This document shows, one piece after another, positions 16,468-25,142 of a stretch of 36,606 nucleotides of DNA (its first letter is position 1; each line of letters opens with the position of its first letter). This stretch comes from a virus (Duplodnaviria; Caudoviricetes). The notes beneath the pieces are model-generated. The model was not told where the DNA came from. It did not search any database and saw only the letters and a program-made list of their open reading frames with translations. The stretch is from the IMG/VR virus record IMGVR_UViG_3300030372_002131, positions 1 to 36,606 of that record; one strand, given 5' to 3'. The translations under genes and the position numbers were made by a program.

Positions 16468-17161
16468 CGCTCCATTCTTTTATCCCGAGTGCTATAGCTT
16501 GACTGAGGGTTCCTTCTTGATCTGCAAAAGTTATCCAGTCCTGCCAATTAGATCCGAAGAAGGGTTCTAGTATGCAACAGGGCATTGAGGGAGTTTTAAG
16601 CATAAGGCCCCCGCGGTCTCCCGATTTGATTGCTTTGGTTCCTCGGTTTTTTGTTAGTGGGAAGAAGCGTTGGCAGCTTTTAAGGATGTACTCAGCGATG
16701 CTTAAACCGATCCTTGAGGAGTGCCAGTGGAGCATTTCCATCCCTTCGGCTTTTTCGTTGTCGGCAGCATTAAAGTGTAATTCGACTGCTATAGAAGCTT
16801 CTTTTTCCTTCAGGTGTTTAGCGAGCCAGTTCATAGCGGACGTATAGGAACCGTAAGTTCCCCCGTAGTTATCTACGACAAAAGAAGATATCCCGTATTC
16901 CTGTAGGTCACTTTTAAGGTGTTCCGCAACCTTTTTGTTATATGTCCATTCATTGATACCTCCGCAGCTTACAGCACCAGTATCTCCTTGTCTGCTATGG
17001 CCTACACAGATAGCCACATTAAGCTTCTCCCGAGGAATGCTATTTGTGGGGAAGGGTATTGATTTAGGTCGTTCCCCTAACTTCTCGAGTTCTGTAAGAG
17101 CTTCTATGGCTTTACTGATGGATTCTTGGGCTTCAAACAGCCCCTCTTTTATTTGCTTCAT
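16451..17161 (-). CDS. N-acetylmuramoyl-L-alanine amidase (Amidase_3-type endolysin)
   Basis: Zn-binding and catalytic motifs 'VAICVGH', 'NEW', 'ELHFNA', 'ILEPFF'. Confidence 0.9.
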   Translation of the reverse strand: MKQIKEGLFEAQESISKAIEALTELEKLGERPKSIPFPTNSIPREKLNVAICVGHSRQGDTGAVSCGGINEWTYNKKVAEHLKSDLQEYGISSFVVDNYGGTYGSYTSAMNWLAKHLKEKEASIAVELHFNAADNEKAEGMEMLHWHSSRIGLSIAEYILKSCQRFFPLTKNRGTKAIKSGDRGGLMLKTPSMPCCILEPFFGSNWQDWITFADQEGTLSQAIALGIKEWSDEHVL

Positions 17162-17240
17162 ATATGTCCTTAGAAAGTGTTTAAATGTTTAAATTGATAT
17201 GAGGTCACCCGAGCAATCTCCCGAGCAATCCTAAAGGATT

Positions 17241-18923
17241 CTAGAGCCAATTAGGACTATTCCTGTGGTGGTTCTTATTGCCATAATAGGTATTTGCTAG
17301 TTTTCTTAGTTCTTCATCTAGCTGTTCTTCCTTACGGCTCTTTATCTTTTTCTCTGCGTCCTGTGCCATCTGTTCCGTCCAGTAAGCTACTGCGATTGCT
17401 AGGGCATCCAACCTGTCATCGTGGGTTATCGCTCCTCTATCCCGAGTAAGTCTCGAGAGTTGATAGATAAGCTGATAGCGCAGTTGGGATTCTAGCGGGT
17501 AGTTCTGGGCTGAATTAAAATCTTCCCGAATAACATCGGGTGATATAACGAGTTTGTGTTGACTCATTACGGGTTCGAGGGTGTCTATAATTCTCTTCTC
17601 CTTTTGTATGCTGTGCCGAACTTCCTCGACAGAGCATGGGTGTACCTTATTAAGAAAGGGCTTGAAGAGTTCCGAGAACATCCCGTCACCAAAGTTACTC
17701 TCGACAATGATGTAGTTAACTTTATGGGTCTTTGCTTTGAGGGCTAACTTCTTTAAAACTTCATCACCATAACCTCCCTGCATTCCTCCTGCATCGGGTA
17801 CGTAAAGGAAACCGTTAAGCATCTTTACTACTGCCCACGAGGTTTCGTCTCGTCCTCTTCCCGAGGGGTCAATAGACATTACCGATCCTGAGAACTCCAC
17901 CATGTCTCCTACTTGTTTCATCGGGCGGTAGAAGCGATCTCCCGTGAAGCCTACGTTGGGAACATCACCACTCCAAACAAGCTCGGGACTCTGTGCCCAC
18001 ACAACCTTCTCGGGAGCTACCTCGTTATCTATGTCCATGACTACGAGGTCATTAAGTTTAAGAGGGAACCTATCAACATCGGACAACCGAGAGTCCAACA
18101 TGAACTGCATGGCGAACCCTGCCTTACCATAACTGATCTCTCGTTCTGCTAGGTCTATCTCACTGAACCTTGTAGGCTCGGTAGATTTCCCTTTTTTATC
18201 TTCCGCTACGCAAAGAGGACTAACACTTCCATAGTACGTCTTTTCGTTCTTTTTCGGTGTTATGTATTTGCACGGCCATACGCAAGCTGTATAATCACGT
18301 TCGATTAGTTTGTTATACAGTGAATCCTCGCATTGGGGTGTGCCTAGAAAAACAATTTTGCTTTCCTTATCGGGTTTTAGAATTGATTCAAATTCCTTAA
18401 CCTGCTCGGCAAGTTTGTCTCTCATCCCTTGCGTAGCGGAGTTATTGGGAACCTCCACATCATCCGCAACAATGATATCAGCCCTGCTTCCCGTCAACTG
18501 GGAGGTGATGCCTAGCGACTTGACGCTCGGGGCGTGTGCTGCGGGGGCAGGGCCGACATCAAAAGATATCTTAGAAAACCTTTGTTTATCGGTAGGTATC
18601 AAGTGAGCCAAGATAGGCATCTCGTGAATTAACCGAAGTGTGAAGGTACTAAAGTCATCCGCTCGGGTTTTACTAGCAGAGCAGACTAGTATATTCTTTG
18701 AGGGGTCTATAAGTAATTGGTGAACCACATAAGCGGAACAAATCCAAGACTTACCAACTCCTCGGAATCCTTGAATGACTGCTCTTCTTGGGCCGTTCTG
18801 CATCCACTCGGCAATCTCATATTGTATTGGTGTGGGGTCGGGTAGATTGAGATGCTTCCAGACGAGGTATAAGAAATTCCTAAAGTCTTTAAGTTCTTCG
18901 GGAACAGTCTGTTTAGAAGGCAT
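17241..18923 (-). CDS. terL: Terminase large subunit (gp19-like)
   Basis: 'FRGVGKSW', 'TGSRADIIVADDVE', 'LGTPQ', 'IDPSGRGRDE', 'HDDRLDALA'. Confidence 0.98.
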   Translation of the reverse strand: MPSKQTVPEELKDFRNFLYLVWKHLNLPDPTPIQYEIAEWMQNGPRRAVIQGFRGVGKSWICSAYVVHQLLIDPSKNILVCSASKTRADDFSTFTLRLIHEMPILAHLIPTDKQRFSKISFDVGPAPAAHAPSVKSLGITSQLTGSRADIIVADDVEVPNNSATQGMRDKLAEQVKEFESILKPDKESKIVFLGTPQCEDSLYNKLIERDYTACVWPCKYITPKKNEKTYYGSVSPLCVAEDKKGKSTEPTRFSEIDLAEREISYGKAGFAMQFMLDSRLSDVDRFPLKLNDLVVMDIDNEVAPEKVVWAQSPELVWSGDVPNVGFTGDRFYRPMKQVGDMVEFSGSVMSIDPSGRGRDETSWAVVKMLNGFLYVPDAGGMQGGYGDEVLKKLALKAKTHKVNYIIVESNFGDGMFSELFKPFLNKVHPCSVEEVRHSIQKEKRIIDTLEPVMSQHKLVISPDVIREDFNSAQNYPLESQLRYQLIYQLSRLTRDRGAITHDDRLDALAIAVAYWTEQMAQDAEKKIKSRKEEQLDEELRKLANTYYGNKNHHRNSPNWL

Positions 18924-18947
18924 TTTACGTATAATGTATAATTATTA

Positions 18948-19193
18948 TTACTGTATAGCCTCTGCAACTGGTGTTTCGTCTTCCTCGTCTTTAAAAGGAA
19001 GGATACTAACAAGGTCTTGTAATTTATCGTCCTGTTTAAGAGAGGCGTGAATGTTATTATCTTTTAGGTATTGCCTAGCTGCGTTTAAAAGAGACGGCTC
19101 GGCTTCTCCCGATTTTATTCGTTCGATAAATTCATCTGTTAACATATCTTGTAACAGGTAGAACTTATCTTCTAGTTTTTCTTTATTGCTCAT
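18948..19193 (-). CDS. terS: Terminase small subunit (gp18-like)
   Basis: 'I.SGEA.PS.LNAARQYLKDNNI'; lies directly upstream of terL. Confidence 0.88.
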   Translation of the reverse strand: MSNKEKLEDKFYLLQDMLTDEFIERIKSGEAEPSLLNAARQYLKDNNIHASLKQDDKLQDLVSILPFKDEEDETPVAEAIQ

Positions 19194-19203
19194 AATAAAA
19201 TAG

Positions 19204-19365
19204 TTATTTATCCTTTTTACGTATTTCCTTAATTATCTTTAAGCTCATGTAAACGAGTGTTGCCAGACCTACAAGAACCGCTAGAAGCTCGTTAACGTCC
19301 CCAAGTGTTATGTTTGCGAGTAGACCTAAAACACCAACGGTGGGTGTTGTGAATTGATTGTTCAT
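19204..19365 (-). CDS. Holin (gp17.5-like)
   Basis: Manual translation MNNQFTTPTVGVLGLLANITLGDVNELLAVLVGLATLVYMSLKIIKEIRKKDK: hydrophobic segments and a basic tail, at the canonical position between fibre and terS. Confidence 0.75.
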   Translation of the reverse strand: MNNQFTTPTVGVLGLLANITLGDVNELLAVLVGLATLVYMSLKIIKEIRKKDK

Positions 19366-19376
19366 GTATGTGGGGA

Positions 19377-20267
19377 TTATGATATTTGGTATGAACCTGT
19401 TAAATATACAAGACCTACACTTCCTGCACTTTGTAAGTCACTATCTACTACTGCTTCGCCTGTTCCACCATTATTCCACGCTAGAATTATTCGTGTTGAG
19501 TTGGGGTTTATAAATGCTTGCGGACTAATAAAAGTGTCTTTAGTGACATTATTATACCATTGCCCAACAGTAACGGCTGCTGCATATCTTCCGCTATTTG
19601 CATTTGAAGATGTATAAGGAAGACCGCTTACAAACACTTGAACATCCTGCTCTCCTGTCATGCTGTATTGTAAATAAATATCAAACGATACTCGATTTCC
19701 AATTTTAGTGTAATAACCTCTTTGGTGACTATAACTCACTGTTCCCATAGTTGCATCGGCAGTTATAGCAGGTGTAAAAGTTCCCTCTCTATAAAAATGA
19801 GTAGCTCCTGTTCCCGAAGGAATAACAACAGTTCCAGTAGAGGTTAGATTCGCAACAGTTGTTGTTCCGCTCAGTGACAGGTTGTTGGTGCTTGTGGTTC
19901 CAATAGCTCCTGCATCTTCTGAAACTTCTTGAGCAACAAAAAGTCCTTGTTTGTAAGCTGTGTCCAGATCGCTCTCCGTCAGTCGTGCGCCATCTACAAA
20001 ATCTACAAGTGCTTCTGAAGTGGTTGAACGATACACTCGGGTTTTTACATAAGATGCAGTAGAGGGGGCTGCGCTAAGTGTTATTGTTTTAGCTGTTGTG
20101 TCTCGCGAGGAAATCGTAAGTGTTGTTTTAGTTCCGTTACTAAGTTCTCCAAATGCTTTTACATCGTTCCCGTTTAACACATCAATTCCGCTATAACTAA
20201 ATGTTGTTTGCCCAAGTTGATTTGCTCCTGTTCCCGATGTCGAATACTCGATATATGAATTTGCCAT
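19377..20267 (-). CDS. Tail fibre (gp17-like N-terminal adaptor), short
   Basis: 'RVYRST...VDFVDGARLTESDLD....Q.LFVAQE' adaptor; C-terminal 'EGTFTP...YTKIGNRV...GLPY' domain. Confidence 0.9.
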   Translation of the reverse strand: MANSYIEYSTSGTGANQLGQTTFSYSGIDVLNGNDVKAFGELSNGTKTTLTISSRDTTAKTITLSAAPSTASYVKTRVYRSTTSEALVDFVDGARLTESDLDTAYKQGLFVAQEVSEDAGAIGTTSTNNLSLSGTTTVANLTSTGTVVIPSGTGATHFYREGTFTPAITADATMGTVSYSHQRGYYTKIGNRVSFDIYLQYSMTGEQDVQVFVSGLPYTSSNANSGRYAAAVTVGQWYNNVTKDTFISPQAFINPNSTRIILAWNNGGTGEAVVDSDLQSAGSVGLVYLTGSYQIS

Positions 20268-20301
20268 TGTAATATTAATTGTTGTTTGATTTGTTTGTTA
20301 A

Positions 20302-23300
20302 TTATTTGTAGTCTTCGAATGGTTTTACTTTACGTGTTACTTGTCCTTTCTTCTTTCCTCTTTCTAGGACTTCCAACAAAGTTTCCTCGTCTTTATTTAT
20401 AAAGGTCTTTTTGAATGCTTTGCTCTCTTTCGTTATGTCCTCTTGGACTTTGTCGTAATAAGTATCTATAAGCCTATTGAGTTCCTCTAAAGCCTCGTTT
20501 GTTTCTTTTCCTGATTTATTTAATGAAAGAGATCCGTTATCAAATTTCTTTTGCCATCTCTTACTTTTTATAAGTTTTTTAACTGTAGGATCTAGTTTTT
20601 TGTTGTTTATCCTAGCTTTCGTTAATCTAATTCCAAATTCCTCCAGAAGTGTTCTACGTGTCCTCGTGCTTCTAAAATCAAGCATTTTAACATTTCCGAA
20701 TTTCTCCCTCGTTTTAAGTCCTAAAATATTATTTACATCTAGTGATATAACATCAGCTAACTCCGTAATTATTATTGGCGCATCGGGAGCATACCTAGTT
20801 GTTTGCTGTATAAATGTTTTTTCTAAAGGCTCTGGGTTACCTAATATATCTCTTTTAACATTTATAACTCCAAACCCGAAAGCATCATGCATCACAAGCT
20901 CTTTGAAAGACGCACCTCTAAAATCAGGTTTTTCGCCTCTCATTGTTATATGTTTTGTTATTTTATCTAAGTCTGCGGGTGTCGCTATGCCTATATAGCT
21001 TCCTAAAAGTCGTGACCATGCTCGGGTAGCCTTGTTATTTTCAGCTTCACTCGCGTCATCGGGAAATAAATCTCCAAGCATTTTTAATCCCGAGTTAAAA
21101 GGAAGTTCTTCCATCATCATTCTAAAAGATGAAAGTATAAAATTAGAAGCATTTAAATCTTCATCTACTATTCCTTGATCTTTAAATCTAAAATAAGTAG
21201 CTAGATCAGCCATTAAAGCCACGGGCATCATTAAAGGGGCTGCTGACCTGTAATCACTACCAAAAGCTCTAAAGGGTCTTACCCCTCTTTTCTCTTGTTT
21301 TAATCTTTCTTCATAGCTTAAAAAAGATAATCCCCCTGTTACTAAAGGGTTACCGTTTTCGTCTGTCATCATTCCTCCCGCAAACCCCATAGCCATTAAA
21401 GAAGACCCCATCATTCCGTCAGCTAATATTTCCTCGTTAAATTCTGTTTTTCTATATTCAAGTTTTTCGAAACGGTCTTTTATTTTTAAAATCTCTTCGT
21501 CTATATCTTTTGTGGCACTTGCTACGAGGTCTTTGTTGTCTTGTTCAGGCATATACTTTTTCTTAACGCCCTCGAGCTCTTTAATTTTTTCCTCAAGCTT
21601 CTTTATTTGTTTTACGTAAGGGTTATCAAAGATTTTGTAATAAGCAGGGAGGAAAGGCCCCGTAGATATTCTAGCTCCTCTAACGACACTTCTTACAGTT
21701 ACATCTACAAAGGGAACAAATATTCTAACAAGAAAGTTTGCTTCTGGTCTTGCTCCTAACCATTGTTGAAGCTTTTGTACTTTCCTTTCTACAACAGACA
21801 AGTACACATCTTCTACGCTATCGCCCGAGGAAGCATAGAACATCTCCTGTCTTTTAAAGTTTAAAGCTGTGATGAAGTCATCTGTCTCTTGAACGACATC
21901 AATACCATCCGCATTCTTTACCCAAGCGGTTTCCATCAAATCTTTTTCAATATCCATAACATTCCGCTTTGGGTTAGGTTCGAAATGGTCTTGGATGATA
22001 GCTTTTTTCCTAGCTACCTCGGTTGTTACTTGTCTGTAAAGTTGTCTTCTAAAACCCTCATCAGCCCCTATAATTAATCTTAAAGGGCCAGAGATTATAT
22101 TCATAAACTTTCCAACCGCTAAAGCGTCATCGAATATATTTATGAGGTTTCTTTTTGCTTTTGCTCGTCTACCTGCTGCTATTCTAGTTTGACGAAAAGT
22201 TCTCGCTGTTCCCGAGGGTGTACCAGAAACCGTACCGCCATCACCCATTAAACGTGTTGCTTGTTTAGGGTCGGTTACTGACTCTAGTCTTTTAGCGGAT
22301 AAGTAAGATGCTTTTATCATTCCCTTTAAATCATCAAACACCGCAAAAGCAGACGATAAGTCTCCCCGATATAACTTAAAAGAAAGCGGGAGTCCTCTCT
22401 TCTCTTTACCAAATAAGTTTTTCAAAAATGTAGTTTGCGGTTTTACAAACTGTTTAGTAATTCCGTATATACCTGTTGGTATTCCCGCTGCTGCCGAGGC
22501 TATGGAAAGAAGAGAAAGCTGTCTACTTGATGTTATGGTAGCAAAAAGTCTTCTAGAAGAAGAACTCATGTTTTGATCCATCTGATTAAATATGTAGTTT
22601 TCTAACTTTGCGTAGAACTCGAACTCCTCCGTATCTTTTAATTGCTTCTCGGTTTTCTTTGCTTGCTTACGTAACCGAGATTTAGCTTCTTCTATTTTCT
22701 TCTTTAACTTTGAACTCTTAGCTTCAGCTTGTTGCTTCGTTAGTAATTCTTTTTTAACTCTCTCGGCTGTTTCAAGTTTCTTAAAATCTTCGGGAGATAA
22801 CTTTAATATTTCCTCTAGTTCCTTTTCGAGTTTTACAATAGCTTTAATTTCTTTATCGGCTTGTTTGTAAAATTTTATTTGTTCTTTTAAAACTCTTTCC
22901 CGAGGGCCAGTATTACTAGCAACAGTTTTAGGTTCCCTCGTATCAACTCTCTTTGTTCTTAATTCATCTAATTCTTTCTCGAGCTTCTCTATTGTTGATT
23001 GGTTGTCCGTCTTGTTAAGCTTCTGTATCTTTGGCTCTTTGCTTTTACTTTTAACTGCCCGAGCAATATCCTCGTTTACCTTCCGTATTTGTTCTATATT
23101 TACATCGAGGTCATCAAATATCTTTTTAAATGTATCTCCTGTTACACCTTCAAAGGTTGGGTTGTTTATCTTTGTATCAATAGCAAATAATAAATCATCG
23201 AGAGCTTCTTTTCTTTTTGTACCCGCTGCGGAATCTAATGCGTAGTTATAAAACTCTCCTCGTCTTTTAGAAGTAGATTGAAGGTTTCTTCCTGCTGTTG

Positions 23301-25137
23301 CATCTATGGGAGCAATAACTTCTTCAAATAGCTCTGCTTGGTTAACAACAATTTGTTTTATCTTCTTTAAAGTAACCTCGGTGCTTTCTGTACTTGTTAA
23401 TCTTTTCTTTTCAATGAAAATACCATCATCAATATTATCGCCTTCTTTTTTCGATGTTGGGATGTCATCGTGAAACTCCTCAATCTTTTTTAAAGTTATA
23501 GGGTTTGATACATCGGATTTTATTCCTAAATTATTTTCTTTTCTAAATTTAGCATCATACGCATAAACGCTATCAACTATACCTTGTCCTTTTACTCTTT
23601 TACCTTCTACAACGGCTGCGCCTATATGCTCAAGTATTAAAGAATCTTTATCTATTTTTCTGTCTATTTCTCCTATAGCTTCCCCTGTTTCTTTATTAAA
23701 TATTTGATATCGCTTTGCTCCTGTTAACTCGTTAGTGTGTGGTTTTATGTTCCAACCTTTAGTTTCTTCTAAATGTGTATTTAACCCTTCCCAATAATCT
23801 TCTATAGAAACATTTTTTTCGGGTGTTTTATTGCCCCCTTTTTCTTTAACTATAAAATCAGCAAGTTCATTACTAAGTTCTTCGTCTAATTCTTCCGCTA
23901 AATCTGTGGCATCACTTTTAAGACGAGGTTCTAAAATAGGTTTTGTAGAGTCCCTGCCTTCATTAAGAGCTTTTGATTCTTCTTCTGCTATCTTCCTTCT
24001 TCTTTCTTTAAGTTCTTCTATCTCAGTTAATATAACAGGCTTCTCTTCAGGATTTATCTTTGCTCCTATTTTTGTTTCTACCTTGTCTTCAAAAGTTTTT
24101 CTTGTCTTACCTGTTTCTATTTTCTCTGCTGCTTCGTTTTCTTTCTTGTAAGATTTTGCCGCGTCATCAACAATATCAAAAGCTTGTTGAGTATCGTTTA
24201 TTTTATTTTTAAGTTTCTTAATCTTAGATTTTTTAAATAACACAAAGTCATCGGTAGCTTCTAAATCTTTAAGCTGCGCTTTAAGACCTACTAATTGTTT
24301 TGCTATGTTAGTTTTAGCTGCTTCGGTTACCTCGGATCTTTGTCTTCTTCCCCACCAACCCGTCTTCCCCCAAACTCCTAATATACTACTAAAAGTTCCC
24401 CCGAATCCTCCCGCAAATAGATACTCGTAAGTGTCTCTGTTTTCTCTCTCGTTTAGAGCTATCTGTAATTCTTGTCGTACCGCTGTTTCTGATATAGCTA
24501 AAGCAGCACCACTAGCAAAACTCTTAACTCCGTTCATTAAAATGTACCCACCTTTTTTGTAAGCTCCAAAATCTTTTGCTGTTTGTCCCGTAAGTTTAAG
24601 AAGCTGTTTATCCGCTCCTGTTTTCCCTACGGCTCCTAATGTTTTTGCTGCGGGGGGAACGAGACTACCAAAGATACCTGTTGCTATAAGTTCTCCCGAG
24701 GAAATACCGTCTTGTAATCCATAAGCTTTTCTTACGTTTTGTGCTGCTAGGTTACTAAGACCCCATATAGCTGCTGAGGAACCCATAAATGTCACGGCTC
24801 CTGTAACTGTTGAATATGGCTCAACAATTTGTGGCCCCGCAAATCCTACTAAACTAGCTGCTCTTGCTGCCTGTGCGCCTTGTAGCAACTTACCAAACTT
24901 ATCCGCTTTATGTATTTTATCTAAAGCGTACATGCCTCCTATTCCTCCTCCTAATTCAACACCCATTGCGACTAGGTTACCTGTATGGTTTACACCTTCT
25001 TTATCTACTTTTTCTAACTGTGATAAATATTCTATTACCTCGGGACTAACTGAAGGGTTTTGTTGTTTCTTATCTTCGGTTATCTGTTGTTGTCTTGCTA
25101 ATCGCTTGGCTTGTATTTCTTCGTAAGTTAATGGCAT
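20302..25137 (-). CDS. Internal virion (ejection) protein, gp16-like, with inserted GNAT-like domain
   Basis: 1611 aa, largely helical, located between gp15-like and fibre genes, with Gly/Ala-rich hydrophobic segments. Confidence 0.8.
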   Translation of the reverse strand: MPLTYEEIQAKRLARQQQITEDKKQQNPSVSPEVIEYLSQLEKVDKEGVNHTGNLVAMGVELGGGIGGMYALDKIHKADKFGKLLQGAQAARAASLVGFAGPQIVEPYSTVTGAVTFMGSSAAIWGLSNLAAQNVRKAYGLQDGISSGELIATGIFGSLVPPAAKTLGAVGKTGADKQLLKLTGQTAKDFGAYKKGGYILMNGVKSFASGAALAISETAVRQELQIALNERENRDTYEYLFAGGFGGTFSSILGVWGKTGWWGRRQRSEVTEAAKTNIAKQLVGLKAQLKDLEATDDFVLFKKSKIKKLKNKINDTQQAFDIVDDAAKSYKKENEAAEKIETGKTRKTFEDKVETKIGAKINPEEKPVILTEIEELKERRRKIAEEESKALNEGRDSTKPILEPRLKSDATDLAEELDEELSNELADFIVKEKGGNKTPEKNVSIEDYWEGLNTHLEETKGWNIKPHTNELTGAKRYQIFNKETGEAIGEIDRKIDKDSLILEHIGAAVVEGKRVKGQGIVDSVYAYDAKFRKENNLGIKSDVSNPITLKKIEEFHDDIPTSKKEGDNIDDGIFIEKKRLTSTESTEVTLKKIKQIVVNQAELFEEVIAPIDATAGRNLQSTSKRRGEFYNYALDSAAGTKRKEALDDLLFAIDTKINNPTFEGVTGDTFKKIFDDLDVNIEQIRKVNEDIARAVKSKSKEPKIQKLNKTDNQSTIEKLEKELDELRTKRVDTREPKTVASNTGPRERVLKEQIKFYKQADKEIKAIVKLEKELEEILKLSPEDFKKLETAERVKKELLTKQQAEAKSSKLKKKIEEAKSRLRKQAKKTEKQLKDTEEFEFYAKLENYIFNQMDQNMSSSSRRLFATITSSRQLSLLSIASAAAGIPTGIYGITKQFVKPQTTFLKNLFGKEKRGLPLSFKLYRGDLSSAFAVFDDLKGMIKASYLSAKRLESVTDPKQATRLMGDGGTVSGTPSGTARTFRQTRIAAGRRAKAKRNLINIFDDALAVGKFMNIISGPLRLIIGADEGFRRQLYRQVTTEVARKKAIIQDHFEPNPKRNVMDIEKDLMETAWVKNADGIDVVQETDDFITALNFKRQEMFYASSGDSVEDVYLSVVERKVQKLQQWLGARPEANFLVRIFVPFVDVTVRSVVRGARISTGPFLPAYYKIFDNPYVKQIKKLEEKIKELEGVKKKYMPEQDNKDLVASATKDIDEEILKIKDRFEKLEYRKTEFNEEILADGMMGSSLMAMGFAGGMMTDENGNPLVTGGLSFLSYEERLKQEKRGVRPFRAFGSDYRSAAPLMMPVALMADLATYFRFKDQGIVDEDLNASNFILSSFRMMMEELPFNSGLKMLGDLFPDDASEAENNKATRAWSRLLGSYIGIATPADLDKITKHITMRGEKPDFRGASFKELVMHDAFGFGVINVKRDILGNPEPLEKTFIQQTTRYAPDAPIIITELADVISLDVNNILGLKTREKFGNVKMLDFRSTRTRRTLLEEFGIRLTKARINNKKLDPTVKKLIKSKRWQKKFDNGSLSLNKSGKETNEALEELNRLIDTYYDKVQEDITKESKAFKKTFINKDEETLLEVLERGKKKGQVTRKVKPFEDYK

Positions 25138-25142
25138 GTTTA

